A program made the position numbers and the translations under genes. The notes under the pieces were generated by a model. The model ran no database searches and was not told where the DNA came from. It was given only the letters and a program-made list of their open reading frames with translations. 35,283 bases of DNA from Dehalococcoidia bacterium (lineage in GTDB: Bacteria; Chloroflexota; Dehalococcoidia; Lucifugimonadales; UBA3495), in contig DASTLM010000058.1 in assembly GCA_035714945.1 (NCBI GenBank), positions 1-35,283 on the forward strand, in the 5' to 3' direction. This document shows, piece after piece, positions 28,396 to 35,283 of this stretch; positions within the stretch are counted from its first letter, which is position 1, and every line of letters starts with the position of its first letter.

Positions 28396-28425
28396 TTGAC
28401 AATGTTTCTGTTCCAATGATATATT
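28396..28425 (+). promoter_or_regulatory. candidate sigma70-type promoter for korAB
   Basis: -35 TTGACA (28396-28401), an 18-nt spacer, and an extended -10 TGaTATATT (28417-25). It lies about 280 nt upstream of the korA ATG. Confidence 0.5.
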
Positions 28426-28488
28426 TCGGTGGTACCGCCAGCCTTCATCTTGTGAATCCACGATCTACTGGTACCGCTGCCCTTACTT

Positions 28489-28512
28489 TGAGCGGTATCC
28501 TGAGCGGTTCGA
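28489..28512. repeat. tandem repeat, 12 bp x2 (tgagcggtatcc / tgagcggttcga)
   Basis: Read directly, inside the putative korA leader. Confidence 0.75.
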
Positions 28513-28703
28513 CAAGAGGAGCACCCTTTTCCAGAGCCGTTTATTCCGCCGATTTGTCATGACATTCACCAAAGAATCCTCGCCCCTTGGTTCGCCAGGG
28601 GCTATATTGCTGGCGCTGTTTACAGGTTCATTACCCGTCGGGTTGGGCCAATCCCACCATCGGATTACAATTTGCCGGGCGAATAAGCCGGGAGGATTTA
28701 TCG

Positions 28704-30434
28704 ATGCAAATGCGTGACTTCGTAGTCCGTTTCGCTGGCGAAGGCGGACAGGGAGTAGTAACCTCGGCAGAGGGGTTAGCGCAAGTTTCCACTCAGGTCG
28801 GTTACCACGCGTTGACCTACTCGACCTTCCCTTCCCAGATTATGGGAGGGCCGACCTGGACGCAAGCCCGGATCTCCGACGCCCCCATCCTCAGCGCTGG
28901 CGACGATGTGGATGTGCTGGTGGCGTTCAACCGGGAAGCGTATGAGACCCATTTTTCCGAAGTGCGCGACGGTGGGGTAATCATCTACAACTCCAACGAC
29001 CGGGAGTTTGAAGGCTTTGAGGCCGAGGGCGAATCCCGAATCTTTGGCCTGCCGATTGATGCCCTGGCCCGCTCTACCGGCAACACCCGCGCCGCTAACA
29101 TGGTTGTGATTGGGGCGCTGGCCCATCTGGTCAACATGTCCCAGGTGTACCTGGAACAGTTCGTTGAGCAGCGGTTCCGCCGGGGCCGGGCCAACGATGA
29201 TGAAATTATTGAATCTAATATCAAGGCCATCAAGCTGGGACGGGCCGAGACCGCCCGCAGCGGCTTCGCTCTGGGCGAATTGGCTCCAGCCAGGACCCCC
29301 GATTTTAAACAACTGATGCTCAAAGGTAACGAAGCCCTGGCGCTGGGCGCGATGGCGGCCGGCATCGAATTTTACGTTGGTTACCCCATCTCTCCGGCGA
29401 CCACTATCCTGGTCTGGATGGAGCACAACCTGGTGGGTCCCGGCAAGTTCGCCTATCAGGTAAGCTCAGAAATCGAGTCCATAACCGGTATCCTGGGAGC
29501 CGGGTACGCGGGCAAGAAGGCCATGACCGCCACCGCTGGCCCCGGCTTTTCACTGATGAGCGAAGGTCTGGGCCTGGGCTGGATGGCTGAGATCCCGCTG
29601 GTGGTGGTGGACGTGCAACGCGGCGGGCCCGCCACCGGCCTACCCACCAAGACTGAGCAGTCCGACCTGATGGCCTGCATGTACCCGGCCCATGGCGACG
29701 TGAGACTACCGGTTATTGCCGTGGGTACGGTGGAAGAGGCCTTCTTTGGCGCGATCTGGGCCTTCAACTGGGCCGAGCGCTACCAGGGGCCGGTCATTCT
29801 GATGACCGAGATGTCTTTGGCCGAGCGGGTCCAGAACATTGCCAAACCCGACCTGTCTAAAATAACGGTGGAGAGCCGGCAGACCTACCGGGGCACCAAC
29901 GGCTATCACCGCTACCATGGTTTCCAGATGTCTCCCATGCCGATCCCGGGCAACCCGGGCGCTTACGTTGCCAACGGCAGTGAGCATGATGAAATGGGCG
30001 ACACCACCCACCTGCCGGACCGTCACGTCCAGATGACCGAGCGTCGCTTCAACAAGCTCAAGTTGCTGGAAGACGGCTACTACGAGCGTGAAAACACCGC
30101 AGCGCCGGTGGTGGTGATGCCCTGGGGCGGTTCCAAAGGCCCAGCTTACGAGGCGTTCCAGCGTTTGCAGCAACTGGAGGTGTCCCTGGGCTGGTACTAT
30201 ACCATGTTCCTGCACCCCCTGCCCCCCAAATTGTTGGAAGAGTTAAAGCAGAAGAAACTGGTGTTAGTACCAGAGTTGAACTATCAAGGTCAGTTTTCCT
30301 CAATCTTGCGGTCAATGGGTGTTAACGCGCATTCAATCACTCAGTACACTGGACTGCCATTCAAGGTGCGCGATCTGGTAGATCGCATTAGTGAAATGGC
30401 TCAGTCCCCTCAGAAGGAGATGGCCCGGGCATGA
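28704..30434 (+). CDS. korA: 2-oxoacid:ferredoxin oxidoreductase, fused gamma-alpha subunit
   Basis: The N-terminal gamma-type domain (RFAGEGGQGVV...) is followed by the alpha domain (GNEALALGA..AG..FY.GYPISPAT). Start placed at ATG 28704 (GGGAGGA 7 nt upstream), not the in-frame ORF-track start 28587. Confidence 0.9.
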   Translation: MQMRDFVVRFAGEGGQGVVTSAEGLAQVSTQVGYHALTYSTFPSQIMGGPTWTQARISDAPILSAGDDVDVLVAFNREAYETHFSEVRDGGVIIYNSNDREFEGFEAEGESRIFGLPIDALARSTGNTRAANMVVIGALAHLVNMSQVYLEQFVEQRFRRGRANDDEIIESNIKAIKLGRAETARSGFALGELAPARTPDFKQLMLKGNEALALGAMAAGIEFYVGYPISPATTILVWMEHNLVGPGKFAYQVSSEIESITGILGAGYAGKKAMTATAGPGFSLMSEGLGLGWMAEIPLVVVDVQRGGPATGLPTKTEQSDLMACMYPAHGDVRLPVIAVGTVEEAFFGAIWAFNWAERYQGPVILMTEMSLAERVQNIAKPDLSKITVESRQTYRGTNGYHRYHGFQMSPMPIPGNPGAYVANGSEHDEMGDTTHLPDRHVQMTERRFNKLKLLEDGYYERENTAAPVVVMPWGGSKGPAYEAFQRLQQLEVSLGWYYTMFLHPLPPKLLEELKQKKLVLVPELNYQGQFSSILRSMGVNAHSITQYTGLPFKVRDLVDRISEMAQSPQKEMARA

Positions 30435-31297
30435 GCAAGAAGAACCCTGAGTACGATTTCAAGTGGTGTCCTGGTTGCGGCGACTTCGGTGTTCGGCGAG
30501 CTTTGGAGTTTGCCATGATCAACCGGTTGGAGGAGACCGGACTGCCCATGGAAAGCAACGTGGTAGTCGCCGGGATTGGCTGTTCCGGCAATCTGGTGCA
30601 CCTGCTGGAAGGTCCTCAGCCCTATGGAATCCATGGCATTCACGGCCGCACCCTGCCAATTGCCATGGGCATCAAGATGGCCCGCCCGGAGTTGAATGTA
30701 GTGATCGTCGCGGGCGATGGGGACTTCCTCAGCATCGGCGCCGAACATATTGGCCCCCAGGCCGCTCGCAACCTCAACGTCTGCGCCGTGATTATGGACA
30801 ATGGCGTGTATGGCCTGACCAAAGGACAGAGTTCGCCCACCACCAAAGAGGGGACCATCACCAGTTCGACCCCCTTTGGCAAGATGGAAACCGAGGTCGA
30901 TCCTTTGGAGCTATACTTGACCCTGGGCGCGTCGTTCATCGCCTCGGGCTTTTCGGGCAACCCCAGGCAACTGGCCCAGTTAATCACCCGGGGGATGAAC
31001 CACAAGGGGTTCGCCCTGGTGCATGTCCAGTCCCCCTGCGTCACCTACAACGACACTTACGAGTTGTTCAAAGGCAAGCCCCAGGAAGGCATAGCGCCGC
31101 TGATCTGGGATGTTCCTGAGGGACACGATTCCTCCGACAAGGCGGCGGCACATAAACTGATTCAGAAGCGCGGACTGCCCGTCGGGGTAATTTACCAGGA
31201 CGAAAGCAGGCTCTCCCTAGACGACCGGGTGCAGCAGGTCTGGCGCAAAGACCGCCAGCATACGGTACAGGAATTGATGGACGCCTACGCAATCTGA
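30431..31297 (+). CDS. korB: 2-oxoacid:ferredoxin oxidoreductase, beta (TPP-binding) subunit
   Basis: WCPGCGDFGV, GIGCSG, HGR.LP.A.G, GDGD...IG..H, N.VYGLTKGQ.SPT. ATGA overlap with the korA stop. Confidence 0.9.
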   Translation: MSKKNPEYDFKWCPGCGDFGVRRALEFAMINRLEETGLPMESNVVVAGIGCSGNLVHLLEGPQPYGIHGIHGRTLPIAMGIKMARPELNVVIVAGDGDFLSIGAEHIGPQAARNLNVCAVIMDNGVYGLTKGQSSPTTKEGTITSSTPFGKMETEVDPLELYLTLGASFIASGFSGNPRQLAQLITRGMNHKGFALVHVQSPCVTYNDTYELFKGKPQEGIAPLIWDVPEGHDSSDKAAAHKLIQKRGLPVGVIYQDESRLSLDDRVQQVWRKDRQHTVQELMDAYAI

Positions 31298-31310
31298 ATT
31301 CAGTAACCAC

Positions 31311-31352
31311 AGACGCAAAACGCCCCGCCGGAAGGCGGGGCGTTTTGCGTCT
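31311..31352. terminator. bidirectional intrinsic terminator between korB (+) and ccmE (-)
   Basis: Perfect 19-bp inverted repeat agacgcaaaacgccccgcc-ggaa-ggcggggcgttttgcgtct. It has a GC-rich core flanked by AAAA on one side and TTTT on the other, so either strand reads as hairpin plus U-tract. Confidence 0.8.
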
Positions 31353-31405
31353 ACTGCACCACCATCGTTCAAGCAGTTTATACTGGACCGAACCAGAGAA
31401 GAGGG

Positions 31406-31433
31406 CTGGGGCCACTGAGCTGGGGCCACTGAA
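31406..31433. repeat. tandem repeat, 14 bp x2 (ctggggccactga[g/a])
   Basis: Read directly, between the terminator and the ccmE stop. Confidence 0.85.
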
Positions 31434-31449
31434 TCGAAGGGCCCGCGCT

Positions 31450-31983
31450 CTAGCTACGGCTTGACGGCACTGGCGGTTGCTGCAAGCGCTGCTCTTCCTC
31501 CAGGGCCCGGTACTTGGACGGACATTTGACCAGTATGCTGTCGGCCTCGAACACTTTTTCGGGACCGTAGCGGCCCTCCAGGATGATCTCCGAGTGGGGG
31601 TTGAAGAACAGGTCGGGCATCACACCCACATAGGAAGCGTTCAGGGCAACTTCGGTGCCTGCTGCTTCATCGATCAGCTGGAATTGGGATAGGGTCGAGC
31701 CCTTTTGGCGCTGGAAGCTTTCCTCCATCAGCTTACCCGACACTCGCACCATCCGCCCGTCCTGATACTCCGGACCTGCCAGGAACTCGCCCACGGTCAA
31801 AAAATACCGGGTGTTCCCGGGGAATGCGGCGTAGATCATGTAGCCGATCGCCAGGACCGCCACTGCTCCCAGGACTGCGAAACGGACCCATTGGCTCCTG
31901 CCTGAGCCTTCTCCAGCGGCCACTGCCAGGGTGGGGTCTTGCTCTATGTCTGCCAAGGAAAGCCTCGTAAAAGATATTGGCAA
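31450..31983 (-). CDS. ccmE: cytochrome c-type biogenesis heme chaperone CcmE (CxxxY variant)
   Basis: One N-terminal TM helix, then the OB-fold pattern YFLTVGEF......GRMVRVSG.L.......F.L.D.......V.Y.G..PDLF.....I.LEG. The C-terminal ...LVKCPSKY occupies the place of the canonical HxxxY heme-binding motif. Apparent TTG start is uncertain. Confidence 0.82.
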   Translation of the reverse strand: MPISFTRLSLADIEQDPTLAVAAGEGSGRSQWVRFAVLGAVAVLAIGYMIYAAFPGNTRYFLTVGEFLAGPEYQDGRMVRVSGKLMEESFQRQKGSTLSQFQLIDEAAGTEVALNASYVGVMPDLFFNPHSEIILEGRYGPEKVFEADSILVKCPSKYRALEEEQRLQQPPVPSSRS

Positions 31984-32192
31984 AAGTTGATACGGTCAAC
32001 GGGTCTGGTCGGTTTGCGGACCAGGATTTCCCAGTACACGAGTTGCCAGTACATGATACCATCCCGGACTGGACGGATCTATATCTGGCGCCTGGAGGGG
32101 TGCACCCACCGTTTAACCGGAAAAGTTGAGAACCATTAGGCTGGACGAGACCCGGGCAATGATGCTAGGCTAGGTTCCATAATCTGGGAGCG

Positions 32193-32891
32193 GTGATGGG
32201 CATGATCCAGTTAACGTTAGTAGTTGCGCTGAACGCAATTGGGCTGGTACTGGCAACCTGGGGGGTCACCATGCTGCTGGGCACTCACAACCCATTTCTC
32301 CCCATGGTTGAAGCCATTATCACCGTCATTGGCCTGACCGTGGCCACCGCGGGCACCGGCTGGATGGCCGCCCTCCTGATAATTGGCAGCACCCGAAGGC
32401 TACGAAGTGCCGGAACCAACAATATCGCCGCCAGACCCACTCCCGCCACCAGGCCAGTCCCGCATCGGGACCGGCTGCTGAAGGCGATGGAAGAGCTGCA
32501 CAATTCCGCTCTCGACCTGATCGAACGCCGGCGGGAGTTGCACCAGATGAACCTTCGTCAGTGGCACAATGAGCATCGAGAAGAGACCGCTGGCGAGATT
32601 GAAGCCACCAAACGGTACCGCCTGGCCAGGACCAACCTGGAACCTTACCGTCAGGTTTTGCCCGCCCATTACCGATCTCCGGTGGACCGATTCGCCGATG
32701 CCATCGAAGCCAGCATACCCCGAGAAGCCTACTCGACTCCCAATGATAAAGGGGTGTACGAGTCGCTGAATCGCAACTGGCACCAGGCAATGCAAGGAAT
32801 TAACGATATTTCCACCGGAATGCCCACCACCGGAATGCCCACCACCGGACTGCCAACCGCTGAAGCCGCCGGCCGGGCCTCCGTCAACTAG
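32193..32891 (+). CDS. hypothetical membrane protein (2 predicted N-terminal TM helices, helical soluble tail)
   Basis: 232 aa with plausible composition. It lies opposite-strand between ccmE and ccmD, and its 3' end overlaps the ccmD 3' end by 8 nt. No family recognised. Confidence 0.5.
   Translation: MMGMIQLTLVVALNAIGLVLATWGVTMLLGTHNPFLPMVEAIITVIGLTVATAGTGWMAALLIIGSTRRLRSAGTNNIAARPTPATRPVPHRDRLLKAMEELHNSALDLIERRRELHQMNLRQWHNEHREETAGEIEATKRYRLARTNLEPYRQVLPAHYRSPVDRFADAIEASIPREAYSTPNDKGVYESLNRNWHQAMQGINDISTGMPTTGMPTTGLPTAEAAGRASVN
32811..32855. repeat. tandem repeat, 15 bp x3 ([t/a]ccaccgga[a/c]tgcc[c/a]), in frame in the 3' end of the 232-aa ORF
   Basis: Encodes TGMPT-TGMPT-TGLPT. Confidence 0.9.
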
Positions 32892-33081
32892 GCTGGTGCG
32901 GCCCTTCTGCTGGTTTCAGGGTTTGCTGCAAGTCCCTCACTTCCCGCTGCATTTCCTGCCGCCGCCGGGAAACGAAAAAGGCATAAGCAAAGAAGACCAC
33001 CCAGGTTACCGCAAAGGCGGCAAACAAAAACGGCAAGTTGGATGGTGGCAGGTTAACCTGAAGCAAACCAGACACGATCAA
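32884..33081 (-). CDS. ccmD: CcmD-family small membrane protein
   Basis: 65 aa with a single TM, FLFAAFAVTWVVFFAYAFFVSRRRQ, followed by a charged tail. It sits directly downstream of ccmC, the usual CcmD position. The start codon (TTG/GTG) is uncertain. Confidence 0.6.
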   Translation of the reverse strand: MIVSGLLQVNLPPSNLPFLFAAFAVTWVVFFAYAFFVSRRRQEMQREVRDLQQTLKPAEGPHQPS

Positions 33082-33099
33082 GCCTTTCCCCGCGGACCG

Positions 33100-33819
33100 C
33101 TACCGGCCAGTCCGGCGCATTGAAAATTTCAGCAGCCTTACCTGGTCTTCCAGGCCCCGCAGGGCCGTCCGCTCTACCACCAGGTACAGGTAAAGCACCA
33201 GGAAGGTCAGGCAGGAGAATAACAGGATTCCCAGCATCACCGGTTCCAGTGCTCCCGCCTCGGCCAGCGGACCCACCACCGCTGATGGATGAATCGACCG
33301 CCACCACTGTACCGAGTAGTAGACAATGGGCACGTCGACGAAGCCCACAATGCCCACCACGGCAGCGTAGCGGGCGCCCTGCGTTCGATTGGGCGCATAG
33401 GCCCGGATCATCAGGTAGGCGACGTAAATCAGCCACAGGATCAAGGTGGTGGTCAGTCGCGGCTCCCATTGCCACCAGGTGCCCCACACCGGGCGCGCCC
33501 AGATGATGCCGGTGAGCAATGCCAGGGTCACATAAACCACACCCGTCTCGGCAGCGGCGTGGGCCAAACGGTCCCACCGCTGGTGGCGCTGGACCAGATA
33601 GAGGATGCTGGCGACAAATACCACGGAAAAGGCAAGGAAGGACGTCAGCGCCATTGGCACGTGGAAATAGAAAATGCGCTGCACGTCGCCCAACACCGAA
33701 TCGGTGGGCGCAACCATAAATATCAGGTAGACATCGGCCAGCATCAGGGCTGCGCCCAGGACCACCAGCAGGTCGGTCAGGGACAGCCGGGGCCGCCTGA
33801 CCGGGTCAGCGGTCGCCAT
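33100..33819 (-). CDS. ccmC: heme exporter/lyase component CcmC
   Basis: 239 aa, polytopic. Carries the tryptophan-rich WWD motif WGTWWQWEPRLT and conserved His residues in flanking loops. Confidence 0.9.
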   Translation of the reverse strand: MATADPVRRPRLSLTDLLVVLGAALMLADVYLIFMVAPTDSVLGDVQRIFYFHVPMALTSFLAFSVVFVASILYLVQRHQRWDRLAHAAAETGVVYVTLALLTGIIWARPVWGTWWQWEPRLTTTLILWLIYVAYLMIRAYAPNRTQGARYAAVVGIVGFVDVPIVYYSVQWWRSIHPSAVVGPLAEAGALEPVMLGILLFSCLTFLVLYLYLVVERTALRGLEDQVRLLKFSMRRTGR

Positions 33820-33825
33820 GACGGA

Positions 33826-34500
33826 CTACTCCTCAACCACGAAGGAAAATACCCAGGGACATATTACCAGAAACAAAGCGTCGAACACGCCGATCAAGGG
33901 CAGCCACCGGCTGATTCCCCCACTGGCACCACCGCCAATGGCCTGGCTGGAAGCCTCCACCGCGCCGATGATCACCGGCAGAATGATGGGGAAGAACAGC
34001 ACCGGCAGCATGATTTCCCGGGAGCGGGTCTGGACTGCGATGGCCGAGAACAGGGTGCCCACCGTGGCGAAACCCAGGGTGGCCAGCACGATGGTCAGCA
34101 GCAAGATCCGGGAGAAGGCCGCGAACCCCAGCAGGGCCGCGAACACCGGCAGCAACGCTGCCTCCACAATGAGCATGAACCAGAAGCTGCCCAGGGCCTT
34201 GCCCAGGAAGATAGCGTCCCGGCTGACCGGGGTCAGCAGCAGCCCTTCCAGTCCACCCTGCTCCTTCTCCCGCACAAAGGACCGGTTCATAACCAGGGTT
34301 CCGGCAAAGGCGAAGGCGACCCACAGGATGCCCGGGGCCAGTTGCGTTACCAGCCGGGGGGTCACGTTCAGCGCGAAGTTGAACACCACCACCACCAGAA
34401 ACCCGAACACCGCCGCCGACACAATGATGTCTTTCGAGCGCAGTTCCAGCAGGATGTCCTTCCAGAATATGATGGCCACGGGCTGTAGGATTCTATTCAC
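33826..34500 (-). CDS. ccmB: heme exporter permease CcmB
   Basis: 224 aa and a six-TM pattern. F.KD...E.R.......V.F and LL.P....I.LGK are typical of CcmB, and it lies between ccmA and ccmC. Confidence 0.88.
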   Translation of the reverse strand: MNRILQPVAIIFWKDILLELRSKDIIVSAAVFGFLVVVVFNFALNVTPRLVTQLAPGILWVAFAFAGTLVMNRSFVREKEQGGLEGLLLTPVSRDAIFLGKALGSFWFMLIVEAALLPVFAALLGFAAFSRILLLTIVLATLGFATVGTLFSAIAVQTRSREIMLPVLFFPIILPVIIGAVEASSQAIGGGASGGISRWLPLIGVFDALFLVICPWVFSFVVEE

Positions 34501-35278
34501 CGGGACTGCCTGCCGTCAGGGCCGTGCCGCCCGACGAGGCCTGGTCCGGATTGCTGGTCCGGGAAAGCTGAAGTTTGGCCGAGTCACGGTATTCCTCACG
34601 GTTTTGAATCTGGAGGCCGCCATCGGAGAGTACCGCCACCCGATCGGCCCAGGCAAGGCCCAGTTCGACATTGTGAGTAGTCATCACCACCGTTCGTCCT
34701 GACTGAGTCCATTCCCTCAGGAGACTGCGCAACATGGCCACCGATTCCTGGTCTAACCCGCCTTCCGGTTCGTCCAGCAGCAGGACCCGCGGTTGATGCA
34801 GGATGGCCCGGGCGATGGCCACCCGTTTCTGCATGCCGTGGGACAGGGTTTTCACGCGGTGGTCCGCTCGTCGGGTCAGGCCAACCAGGGACAAGACCGC
34901 CTCTACCCGGGGTCGGATGGGCTCAACCCGAAAAAGTTGCCCGTAGAACAGCAGGTTTTCCCGGCAGGTCAGGTCTTCGTAGAGGAAGCCGCTGTGGCCC
35001 ACCACGCCGACGCGTCGCCGGACGGAATCAGCCTGGCGGATGCAATCGTATCCGGCCACATTGACCATACCGGACTCGGGCCTGGCCTGAGTGGATAGCA
35101 CGCGCAGCAAGGTGGTCTTGCCGGTGCCATTGGCCCCAAGGAGCACCACAAACTCGCCCCAACCGACCGAGAGGTTCAGGTCCCAGAGCACCGGCCAATC
35201 GCCGTAGCTATGGTTCAGCCCTTCCACCAGGATGGCCTGGCCTGATTGCTGGCTAGGCACCTGCCGCCTCGGGGCCAT
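34493..35278 (-). CDS. ccmA: ABC transporter ATP-binding protein CcmA
   Basis: Walker A GANGTGKTT, signature LSHGMQKRV, Walker B LLLDEP. An 8-nt overlap with ccmB. It has a ~50-aa C-terminal extension beyond the ABC domain. Confidence 0.85.
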   Translation of the reverse strand: MAPRRQVPSQQSGQAILVEGLNHSYGDWPVLWDLNLSVGWGEFVVLLGANGTGKTTLLRVLSTQARPESGMVNVAGYDCIRQADSVRRRVGVVGHSGFLYEDLTCRENLLFYGQLFRVEPIRPRVEAVLSLVGLTRRADHRVKTLSHGMQKRVAIARAILHQPRVLLLDEPEGGLDQESVAMLRSLLREWTQSGRTVVMTTHNVELGLAWADRVAVLSDGGLQIQNREEYRDSAKLQLSRTSNPDQASSGGTALTAGSPGE

Positions 35279-35283
35279 CTGGG

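Noticed and set aside
28559-28714. 51-codon ORF (MTFTKESSPLGSPGAILLALFTGSLPVGLG...) in the korA leader
   Set aside because: It has no Shine-Dalgarno and falls below the ORF-track length cutoff, and nothing else supports it. It is mentioned only as part of the leader finding.
33289-34702. 399-aa and 294-aa plus-strand ORFs opposite ccmC and ccmB
   Set aside because: They are antisense to membrane-protein genes with clear CcmC and CcmB signatures. Their extreme G/Q/H/R/P or S/T/R composition argues against coding.

Overview
GC-rich bacterial chromosomal segment made up almost entirely of co-directional core housekeeping genes. I see no mobile element, CRISPR array, rRNA or tRNA. On the minus strand, reading right to left: ccmA-ccmB-ccmC-ccmD ... 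ccmE (System I cytochrome c maturation); dprA-topA-xerC; aroQ-pepP-efp; xseA-xseB; a PurN-like formyltransferase; rsmH-ftsA-ftsZ; nrdR-orf79-orf176-nrdJ; pdxA-proC-yggT; a P-loop kinase; a VOC protein; and the 5' end of a histidine kinase. On the plus strand: a DUF1385 gene, a small Cys-containing ORF, tig-clpP-clpX, korA-korB (2-oxoacid:ferredoxin oxidoreductase), and one membrane ORF wedged into the ccm cluster. Several blocks match classic conserved neighbourhoods: tig-clpP-clpX, dprA-topA-xerC, aroQ-pepP-efp and xseAB. The most unusual feature is not a gene. At least 23 short tandem-repeat loci (11-21 bp units, 2-4 copies) sit mostly at or next to start codons, stop codons, Shine-Dalgarno regions and protein termini of essential genes (nrdJ, nrdR, topA, dprA, xseB, ftsZ, rsmH, pdxA, tig). 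Other points worth a second look: two uncharacterised ORFs embedded between nrdR and nrdJ; an NrdR with a repeat-bearing C-terminal extension; a division cluster collapsed to rsmH-ftsA-ftsZ with no mur/ftsW/ftsI/ftsQ genes, as in wall-less lineages; a CcmE with the variant CxxxY heme-binding motif; a ~720 bp repeat-rich non-coding gap containing a candidate NrdR box; and a ~270 nt leader ahead of korA. Taxonomy is inference only. The gene content and the wall-less-like dcw cluster would fit an uncultured Chloroflexota/Dehalococcoidia-like organism. All calls rest on reading the supplied translations and the DNA by eye; no database search was run.
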